A model generated the notes under the pieces. That model was not told the DNA's origin and did no database searches. It worked only from the letters and a program-made list of their open reading frames with translations. A stretch of DNA of 34,899 nucleotides from Candidatus Margulisiibacteriota bacterium (GTDB lineage Bacteria > Margulisbacteria > WOR-1 > O2-12-FULL-45-9), in the NCBI GenBank assembly GCA_043816785.1, contig JBDRHP010000045.1, forward strand, positions 1 to 34,899, given 5' to 3'. Both the position numbers and the translations under genes were made by a program. Below are positions 18,598 through 26,018 of the stretch, piece by piece; the stretch's first letter is position 1; the number at the start of each line of letters is the position of its first letter.

Positions 18598-19122
18598 ATG
18601 AAAATTGGAAAGACCGATCTTGATGGTGTATTACTGATCGAACCAAATGCCTTTAATGACCATCGGGGTCAGTTTGCTGAGATCTATAACCAGGAGATAT
18701 TTGCCGACGAGGGCGTAGATCTTAAATTCATTCAGGATGATGTTTCTATTTCAAAAAAGAACGTTTTGCGGGGTATCCATGGTGATAATGTGACCTGGAA
18801 ATTAGCCTCCTGCCTGCTAGGCGAAATATATATCGTTATCATTGTTTGTGACCAGGCATCCGATCAGTTTGGCAAATGGCAGGCATTTAACTTGTCGGAA
18901 GAGCACAAACAACAGCTGCTGGTGCCGCCCAAACATGGGATCGCTCATCTGGCGTTATCAGACAAGGTCATGCTCCATTACAAGCAAACGACCTACTATG
19001 ACCCGACACGACAGTTCAGTTATAAATGGAATGACCAGCGATTCAATATCTCCTGGCCGATCAAAGACCCGATATTGTCAAAAAGGGATGAACTTGGCCG
19101 TTATCTGGGAAAGAGTAAATGA
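18598..19122 (+). CDS. rmlC: dTDP-4-dehydrorhamnose 3,5-epimerase family protein
   Basis: DHRGQF.E, FIQD..S.SKKNVLRGIH, H and YK catalytic positions, I.WP...PILS.RD. Shine-Dalgarno GGAGG at 18586-18590. Confidence 0.85.
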   Translation: MKIGKTDLDGVLLIEPNAFNDHRGQFAEIYNQEIFADEGVDLKFIQDDVSISKKNVLRGIHGDNVTWKLASCLLGEIYIVIIVCDQASDQFGKWQAFNLSEEHKQQLLVPPKHGIAHLALSDKVMLHYKQTTYYDPTRQFSYKWNDQRFNISWPIKDPILSKRDELGRYLGKSK

Positions 19123-19937
19123 TTGAATCAGAGATAAATAAATTAAAAGAAAAAGCTGGCTGGGTGCGAAGGGAGACCCTGCGGCTGCACGCGCTCGCGC
19201 CCCAGACCAGGGTGGCTTCCAGCTTATCCTGTGTTGAGATATTGACGGTTCTATATTATGGTGGCATCTTAAGATTTGATCCTGATAATGTTTTTGACGA
19301 AGGCAGGGACCGCTTTGTGGTCAGCAAAGGCCATGGGTCCATCTCCATGTACCCCATACTGGCCGATCTCGGCTTCATTGGCAGCCGGGAGCTGGAAGAT
19401 ATCTGCAAGAACGGCAGTTGTTTGGGAGGCATCCCGGACCCGATAGTGCCTGGCTATGAGACGATCAATGGCTCTTTGGGCCATGGCCTGGGTGTGGCGT
19501 GCGGAATCGCCCTTGCCCTGAAGCATAAAGGGAGTGACCGCAATGTGTTCGTTCTGCTTGGAGATGGTGAATTATATGAAGGGTCGAACTGGGAAGCGAT
19601 CATGTTTGCTAGTCAGCACAAGCTTGATAATCTGATACTCATCATCGACAATAATAAGGTCAGCATGCTTGATCTATGCAAGAATATCATCGATCTGGAG
19701 CCGCTGGATCAGAAATTTGAGGTCTTCGGCTGGGAAACAAGGACCATTGATGGCCACGATATCAAGGTCGTGACCGCTGCGCTGACAGGTTTAAAGGAGA
19801 TGAGGCGAAATAAGCCGAAGGTTGTCATTGCCGATACCCTCAAGGGGAAAGGGGTCCCGAGATTGGAGAACGATCCTTTATCGCATATCAGGGTGCTTGA
19901 TAAGTCTGAGGTCGAGAGTTTGCTGGAGAAGCTCTAA
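19119..19937 (+). CDS. Split transketolase-like protein, N-terminal (TPP-binding) subunit
   Basis: RDRFVVSKGH, GSLGHGL, GDGELYEGSNWEA...DNN TPP motif, DGHD and T.KGKG motifs. Confidence 0.93.
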   Translation: MIESEINKLKEKAGWVRRETLRLHALAPQTRVASSLSCVEILTVLYYGGILRFDPDNVFDEGRDRFVVSKGHGSISMYPILADLGFIGSRELEDICKNGSCLGGIPDPIVPGYETINGSLGHGLGVACGIALALKHKGSDRNVFVLLGDGELYEGSNWEAIMFASQHKLDNLILIIDNNKVSMLDLCKNIIDLEPLDQKFEVFGWETRTIDGHDIKVVTAALTGLKEMRRNKPKVVIADTLKGKGVPRLENDPLSHIRVLDKSEVESLLEKL

Positions 19938-20893
19938 TGGTCAAAACATCAGCAACAATGAGGGAAGCTTTCATCGCCAGGGTCTTTGAACGCATGAGCG
20001 ATCAGGGAATATATTTCCTGTCAGCGGATTTTGGCTCGATCCAGTTGGATAAGATCCGTGAAAGATACAGGGACCGCTTTATCAATGTCGGGATAGCTGA
20101 ACAAAACCTTATTAATGTCGGCGCTGGTCTGGCCCTGGAAGGGTACAAGGTCTTTGTGTACGCGATCGCTCCTTTCCTTTCAATGAGGGCCTTTGAGCAA
20201 ATAAGGAACAATCTTTCCCTGATGTCACAGCTTCGGCCGTTGAACATGAACTTGATAAGCGTTGGTGCAGGCTTAAGCTATGATATCTCAGGGCCAACGC
20301 ATCATTGCCTGGAAGACATCTCCGTGATCAGGACCTTGCCCAATATCATGATCTTTTCACCCAGTGACTGGGTGCTGGCCGAGCAGTTCGTTGATCACGC
20401 GCTTGAGATCGAACAGCCCAAATATCTCAGGTTCGACAGCAAGCCGCTGCCGGCTATTTATGACCCGAAGGCAAAAATAGATCTTCAAAAGGGTTTTCAT
20501 GAGCTGTCATGCGGGGGCGACATTTGCCTGGTCTCAACCGGCTATATGACCCATCAGGCAATGCAGGCCGTGGCAGAGCTCAGGCGGGACAAGATCGATC
20601 TTGGCCAGATAGATCTTTTCATGATCAGGCCGTTCGATGCCAATGGATTGTACGATCTTTTGAAGGGGTATAAGCATGTCATTTCTCTTGAGGAGGCTTT
20701 TATCGATAAAGGCGGGATTGACAGCCTGATCGCTGATCTCTTGCTGCGCCAGGGTTTTACCGGCAAATTTACCCGGATAGGCATCGGGGATAAGCATATT
20801 TTTAATGTGGGTGACAGGGCGTATTTACACGGTCTCAACGGGACCGATGTCCCGGGGCTGGTAAGCCGGATCAAGGAGATATTGAACAAATGA
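19937..20893 (+). CDS. Split transketolase-like protein, C-terminal (pyrimidine-binding) subunit
   Basis: MREAF, LSADFG, RFINVGIAEQN, RAFEQIR, GPTHH..EDI and P.YLR motifs. Confidence 0.93.
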   Translation: MVKTSATMREAFIARVFERMSDQGIYFLSADFGSIQLDKIRERYRDRFINVGIAEQNLINVGAGLALEGYKVFVYAIAPFLSMRAFEQIRNNLSLMSQLRPLNMNLISVGAGLSYDISGPTHHCLEDISVIRTLPNIMIFSPSDWVLAEQFVDHALEIEQPKYLRFDSKPLPAIYDPKAKIDLQKGFHELSCGGDICLVSTGYMTHQAMQAVAELRRDKIDLGQIDLFMIRPFDANGLYDLLKGYKHVISLEEAFIDKGGIDSLIADLLLRQGFTGKFTRIGIGDKHIFNVGDRAYLHGLNGTDVPGLVSRIKEILNK

Positions 20894-22089
20894 ACAATAT
20901 TAAAGTGCCTTTTGGCACAATGACCGTGACCGATGAGGCTAAGCGGCTGCTTAATGAGATCATTGGGTCTGGGTTCCTTTCCTCAGGCAAATATGTGCGG
21001 CAGTTCGAAAAGGAATTTGCCAGGCTGATCGGGACAAAGGAAGCGGTGGCGGTTAGCAGCGGGACAGATGCTGATACTCTGGCCCTGGCTGTTCTGTATG
21101 ATTATGGCGCAAAACGCGGCGATGAGGTGATCGTGCCTGCCTTGTCTTTTGTGGCAACGGGGAACGCTGTCCTGCATGCAGGATTCACCCCGATCTTTGT
21201 TGATGTTGAGCTGGATTCTCTCAATATCGATCCGGACAAGATCGAGGCGGCAATCACCGAGAGGACGCTGGCCATCATGCCTGTACATCTTATGGGCAAA
21301 CCGGCCGAGATGGACAAGATCATGGCGCTGGCTAAAAAACATGACCTGTATGTTGTTGAGGACGCGGCAGAGGCCCATGGCAGCGTTTACAAGGGAAAAA
21401 ATGTCGGCACGATCGGTGATATGGCGGCTTACAGCCTGTATGTCGCTCATATGATATCAACTGTTGAAGGCGGGATCATTACTACTGATGATCCTGAATA
21501 TGCCGAAATATTAAGGTCTTTGAGATCACATGGCCGCTCCTGCAACTGCAACAGCTGTGTCTTGAACATGGGGGATAAGTCCTGTGAGAAACGGTTTAGG
21601 AACAGCCTTGACATGAGGTTCGTCTTTGAGAGGGTCGGTTATTCGTCAAAAATGAACGAGCTGGAAGCAGCGATCGGGCTGGGTAATATCAAGGCCTGGC
21701 CAGAGCACCTCGGGAAAAGAAAGGCTAATCTGCAGCGCATGATGGACAAGTTTGCTGCCTTTGCCCCGCATTTGCTGACCTTTAGGATTGAATCCTATGA
21801 GGAGATCGGACCGCATGCCTTCCCGATAATCATTGGAAAGGACGCTAGCTTCAGCCGGGATGAGTTCGTTGACCATTTACAGGAGCGCGGGATAGATTCA
21901 AGGAACCTGTTCCTGTCCATGCCCACACAGTGTCCTGGGTTCGCGTATCTCGGGAAGAAGATCGGCGAATTCCCAGTGGCGGAACACCTAGGGAATAATG
22001 GACTGCATATCGGCATTCATCAGGACCTAGGTTTTGAGCAGATCGATTATGTTATTGAAGTGATAGAGGAGTTCTTGAAGAATAAATAG
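20890..22089 (+). CDS. DegT/DnrJ/EryC1/StrS-fold PLP/PMP enzyme, ColD/RfbH-like 3-dehydratase type (His at the lysine position)
   Basis: SSGT, GDEVIVP, PVHLMG and EDAAEAHG motifs. SLYVAHMISTVEGG has His187 where aminotransferases have Lys. HGRSCNCNSC...CEKRF Cys cluster. Confidence 0.85.
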   Translation: MNNIKVPFGTMTVTDEAKRLLNEIIGSGFLSSGKYVRQFEKEFARLIGTKEAVAVSSGTDADTLALAVLYDYGAKRGDEVIVPALSFVATGNAVLHAGFTPIFVDVELDSLNIDPDKIEAAITERTLAIMPVHLMGKPAEMDKIMALAKKHDLYVVEDAAEAHGSVYKGKNVGTIGDMAAYSLYVAHMISTVEGGIITTDDPEYAEILRSLRSHGRSCNCNSCVLNMGDKSCEKRFRNSLDMRFVFERVGYSSKMNELEAAIGLGNIKAWPEHLGKRKANLQRMMDKFAAFAPHLLTFRIESYEEIGPHAFPIIIGKDASFSRDEFVDHLQERGIDSRNLFLSMPTQCPGFAYLGKKIGEFPVAEHLGNNGLHIGIHQDLGFEQIDYVIEVIEEFLKNK

Positions 22090-22105
22090 TGAACAGAAAT
22101 GTATC

Positions 22106-23578
22106 ATGGCTAATCAATTAGATGTTGTATTAATAAATCCCGGGGATCGCAAAAAGATCTATCAGTCATTAGGGGATGATCATTCGTCCATCGAGCCTCC
22201 TTATTGGGTTGCTGTCCTGGCCGCTTATTTGAGACAGAATGGTATCTCTGTGGCGCTGATCGATGCCAATGCGGAAAACATTTCGCCAAAAGAAACTGCG
22301 GCCAGGGTTGCTGACCTGGACCCGTTGCTGGCGGCGGTGATAGTTTATGGTTCGCAGCCTTCGGCTTCCACGCAGAACATGACCATTGCCGGCAGGATCT
22401 GTCAGGAGCTTAAACAGGGCACCAAGGCAAAGGTAGCACTGGGTGGCCTGCATCCATCAGCCTTGCCTAAACGCACTTTAAAAGAAGAATCTGTTGACTA
22501 TGTGATCGATGGGGAGGGACCTTATACGCTGAAGGCCTTGATCGATGCACGGCGAGCCAATAAGAGCGACCTTAGATCGGTGCCGGGTCTATGGTATCGG
22601 GAAGAAGGCGCGATCAAGAGCAATCCCAGAGCGTCATTGATCAAGGACCTGGATGCGGTTCTACCGGTTGCTGCCTGGGACCTGCTGCCCATGAGCGCCT
22701 ATAAAGCTCACAACTGGCACTGCTTCCAGGACCTTGACCATCGCCAGCCTTATGCAGCTATTTATACCAGTCTTGGCTGTCCCTATTCCTGTGAGTTCTG
22801 CTGTATCAATGCGCCCTTTGGCAAGCCGGGGATCAGGTATCGCAGCCCGCAACTGGTCGTCTCCGAGATTGAAGAACTGGTCACTAAATATGGGGTAAAA
22901 CACATAAAGATAATCGATGAACTATTTGTCTTAAAAGAGCAGCATTATATGACTATTGTTGACCTGCTGCTGCAGAAAGGGCTTGATATCAATATCTGGG
23001 CTTATGCCAGGGTGGACACGGTCAAGTCAGAAAACCTGGCAAAAATGAAAAAGGCTGGCATTAACTGGCTGGCTTTGGGCATTGAATCAGCTAACCCTGA
23101 TGTTAGGGATGGCGCATCAAAAAGGATGAGGGTAAATGATATCAAAAAGATCGTTAACTTGATCCAGGACGCAGGGATCTATGTCATAGGCAATTATATC
23201 TTTGGCCTGCCGGATGATAACCTGGCCACAATGCAGCAGACTTTGGACATGGCCCTGGAATTGAATTGTGAATTCGCAAACATGTATTGCGCCATGGCCT
23301 ATCCCGGCTCAAAGCTTTATGAGCGGGCGCTCAAAGAAGGTTGGCAGCTGCCAAAGGAATGGCATGACTTTTCGCAGCATTCTTATGATGCTTTGCCGCT
23401 GCCAACTAAACATCTTTCGGCTAAACAGGTTCTTAAATTTCGCGATGATGCTTTTCATCGCTATTTTGAGAATGCGGCGTATTTGTCCATGATCGAAATT
23501 AAGTTCGGTCAACGCGTCAGGCAGCATGTTCAGAACATGACCAAGATCAGGTTGAAACGAAAGATATTGGAGGATTGA
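22106..23578 (+). CDS. Cobalamin-binding radical SAM protein (BchE/HpnJ-like class)
   Basis: EPPYW...LAAYL, GGLHPSALP, GEG, TSLGCPYSCEFC, LGIES, YIFGLP.D and AYPGS.LY motifs. Confidence 0.93.
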   Translation: MANQLDVVLINPGDRKKIYQSLGDDHSSIEPPYWVAVLAAYLRQNGISVALIDANAENISPKETAARVADLDPLLAAVIVYGSQPSASTQNMTIAGRICQELKQGTKAKVALGGLHPSALPKRTLKEESVDYVIDGEGPYTLKALIDARRANKSDLRSVPGLWYREEGAIKSNPRASLIKDLDAVLPVAAWDLLPMSAYKAHNWHCFQDLDHRQPYAAIYTSLGCPYSCEFCCINAPFGKPGIRYRSPQLVVSEIEELVTKYGVKHIKIIDELFVLKEQHYMTIVDLLLQKGLDINIWAYARVDTVKSENLAKMKKAGINWLALGIESANPDVRDGASKRMRVNDIKKIVNLIQDAGIYVIGNYIFGLPDDNLATMQQTLDMALELNCEFANMYCAMAYPGSKLYERALKEGWQLPKEWHDFSQHSYDALPLPTKHLSAKQVLKFRDDAFHRYFENAAYLSMIEIKFGQRVRQHVQNMTKIRLKRKILED

Positions 23579-23585
23579 GGCGAGA

Positions 23586-24581
23586 ATGATCATTAGTAAA
23601 ACACCATTTAGGATCTCATTTTTTGGTGGCGGCACGGATTATCCTGCCTGGTATGAGGAGAATGGCGGGGCGGTCCTCTCGACCTCCATTGATAAATATT
23701 GTTATATCAGCTTGCGGTACCTGCCGCCGTTTTTTGAACACAGGCATCGCATAGTTTATTCAATAACCGAGACGGTTTCTAGCATTGATGAGATCAAACA
23801 TCCTGTTGTTAAGGCTTTGCTGGAATTGTTCGAGATAGAACGCGGAATTGAGCTGCACCATGACGGCGACCTGCCGGCCAGGGCTGGCCTGGGATCGAGT
23901 TCCGCCTTTACCGTTGGCATGCTCAATGCCTTGTATGCCTTGAACGGCAAGATCATTTCTAAGCAGGACCTGGCCAAAGAAGCGATCAGGGTCGAGCGGG
24001 ATATCCTGAAAGAGAACGTTGGTTCACAGGACCAGATAGCGGTAGCGCACGGCGGGCTAAACAGGATAGAATTCCGGCCGGACCATACTTTTTGCGCTGA
24101 AGCTGTAACCGTTGGCCGCCAGCGCATCAGTGAATTACAGGAACATTTAATGCTGGTCTATACAGGCCTGTCTCGCTATGCTTCTGAGATCGCCGGCGAC
24201 CAGATCAAAAACATCAAGTCCAATGGCCACGAGCTGGGCAACATGAGGCATATGGTGGATCAAGCTGTTGAGATCCTTAATGGCGGAAACGATATCACTG
24301 AGTTCGGCCGGCTGCTGCATAAGGCCTGGCAGATAAAAAAGAGGCTTTCGCAAAAAATCTCCAATCCAAAGATCGATCAGGTCTATGAAACCGCCATGAA
24401 AAGCGGGGCTCTTGGAGGTAAATTACTGGGCGCTGGCGGCGGCGGGTTCATGCTCTTCTTTGTCCGGCCCCAGGACCGGGAAAATATCCGAACAGCCTTA
24501 AAAGATCTCCTGGAAGTAAAGTTCTCCTTTGACACGGATGGCAGCAAGATCATCCATTATAATCCCCAGGAGGTTATCTAA
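23586..24581 (+). CDS. hddA: GHMP sugar kinase, D-glycero-D-manno-heptose-7-phosphate kinase-like
   Basis: MIISKTPFRISFFGGGTDYP, DLPARAGLGSSS, GSQDQ and GGKLLGAGGGGF motifs. Confidence 0.85.
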   Translation: MIISKTPFRISFFGGGTDYPAWYEENGGAVLSTSIDKYCYISLRYLPPFFEHRHRIVYSITETVSSIDEIKHPVVKALLELFEIERGIELHHDGDLPARAGLGSSSAFTVGMLNALYALNGKIISKQDLAKEAIRVERDILKENVGSQDQIAVAHGGLNRIEFRPDHTFCAEAVTVGRQRISELQEHLMLVYTGLSRYASEIAGDQIKNIKSNGHELGNMRHMVDQAVEILNGGNDITEFGRLLHKAWQIKKRLSQKISNPKIDQVYETAMKSGALGGKLLGAGGGGFMLFFVRPQDRENIRTALKDLLEVKFSFDTDGSKIIHYNPQEVI

Positions 24582-25552
24582 TGGAAAATAAGCCCTTGAT
24601 ATCGGTAGTGCTTTCTTTTCGCAATGAGGAGGATGTTATCCCTGAATTGATCAGCCGATTGGAAAAGACCCTGGGGCAATTGCCGGTCGACCATGAATTG
24701 ATCTTTGTCAATGACCGGTCATCCGATGGCTCCCGCCGACTGCTACTGGAAAAGATGAAGGCCAACAAGCGGGTCAAATTGCTGAACATGTCGCGGACAT
24801 TTGGCGTTACCCCCTGCGTGCTGGCCGGACTTGAATACTCATCAGGTGATGCGGTCATCTATATGGATGCTGACTTGCAGGACCCGCCTGAGGTCATCCC
24901 TGAAATGGTCAAGCTCTGGCAAGCCGAGCCTGACATAGATGTCATCCATACCAAGCGGCTTTCCAGGGCAGGGGAATCACAATTCAAGCTCTGGCTGACC
25001 AGACTGGGTTACGCGATTCTGCGCCGGGTCTCAAATGTGAGCATTGAGCCTGAGGTGGGAGATTTTAAGCTCTTATCAAGAAGGGTTGTCGACCAATTGG
25101 TCAAATTACGGGAAAAAAGGCCTTTCATGCGTGGTTTGGTGAACTGGATCGGATTCAATGCCAGGACCATAACCTATCGCCGTGAAGCGCGTTTTGCCGG
25201 TAGAACGAAGTTCCTGCCAACCAGCTGGGCGGTGATCAGTAACTTTATTGATTCCGCGTTGATCTCGTTTTCTGACATGCCCTTAAAGCTCTCGCTTTTA
25301 CTTGGATATTTGGTCTCTTTTGGCGCTTTTGCCTATTTGATCGTAGTTTTTATCCAGAAGTGGATGGGAATATCCCTGCCGGGCTGGTCAGCGATGATGG
25401 CCACAATGCTGATGTTGGGTGGTGTGCAATTGCTGACCCTCGGTGTTATGGGGCTATATTTAAATGCCATCTTTGTTGAAACAAAGGGGCGGCCAAATTT
25501 CATTGTTGAAAGCAGCTATGGATTTGAGAAAAATGATGATCTTAAGGCGTAG
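24581..25552 (+). CDS. GtrB/ArnC-like polyprenyl-phosphate glycosyltransferase (GT2 with two C-terminal TM helices)
   Basis: NEE, FVNDRSSDGS, MSRTFG, MDADLQDPPE, GDFKLLSRRVV, R.AG.TKF, two C-terminal TM helices, ETKGRPNFIV. Confidence 0.92.
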   Translation: MENKPLISVVLSFRNEEDVIPELISRLEKTLGQLPVDHELIFVNDRSSDGSRRLLLEKMKANKRVKLLNMSRTFGVTPCVLAGLEYSSGDAVIYMDADLQDPPEVIPEMVKLWQAEPDIDVIHTKRLSRAGESQFKLWLTRLGYAILRRVSNVSIEPEVGDFKLLSRRVVDQLVKLREKRPFMRGLVNWIGFNARTITYRREARFAGRTKFLPTSWAVISNFIDSALISFSDMPLKLSLLLGYLVSFGAFAYLIVVFIQKWMGISLPGWSAMMATMLMLGGVQLLTLGVMGLYLNAIFVETKGRPNFIVESSYGFEKNDDLKA

Positions 25553-25559
25553 CCATAAC

Positions 25560-26018
25560 ATGACGGACGCCGCAGTTCAAATGGTCTTCAGGCGCAGTCT
25601 GAGTTACCAGACCTACAAACAGCTGATCAAACACTATTTTGTTGGAGGAACAGGTTCGATCATTAATTACCTGCTCTTTAATATCTTTATGTTCAACGAT
25701 CTTGGCATAATGATATCGAACCTGTTCACGTATTCTGTCGTCATAGCTTATTCGTTTTTCATGCAGAAATACTTCACTTACAAGGTTTATCATTATACTT
25801 TTTGGCAACCGGTTCTGTTCCTGCTTAACGCCCTCGCATATTTCCTGCTGGACACGACTTTGCTTGTGTTCATGATCGGCGAGCTGCATATTAGTCCCTT
25901 GGTGGCAAAACTGATATCAATATTGATGCTCGCGCCTTTGAGTTTTTTGGCTCAAAAATACATAGTCTTCCGCGGTAAATCAGAATCGGTCGTCGTAGAG
26001 CAGGGCGATTGCTATTAA
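25560..26018 (+). CDS. gtrA: GtrA-family small flippase-like membrane protein
   Basis: QLIKHYFVGG, four hydrophobic segments, SFFMQKYFTY and SFLAQKYIVF motifs. Lies directly after the GtrB-like gene. Start uncertain. Confidence 0.85.
   Translation: MTDAAVQMVFRRSLSYQTYKQLIKHYFVGGTGSIINYLLFNIFMFNDLGIMISNLFTYSVVIAYSFFMQKYFTYKVYHYTFWQPVLFLLNALAYFLLDTTLLVFMIGELHISPLVAKLISILMLAPLSFLAQKYIVFRGKSESVVVEQGDCY

Noticed and set aside
16249..18646. Long antisense ORFs (16249-16890, 213 aa; 18071-18646, 191 aa) and similar shadows elsewhere
   Set aside because: They lie fully opposite well-supported genes, have no motifs, and are typical antisense shadows.
19119..20893. Frameshifted transketolase pseudogene
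   Set aside because: The split falls at the natural domain boundary with a TAATG coupled junction, as in common two-subunit transketolase-like pairs.
22090..22095. TGAACA matching the putative MarR operator half-site in a short intergenic gap
   Set aside because: A single 6-mer with no partner half-site or promoter is expected by chance.
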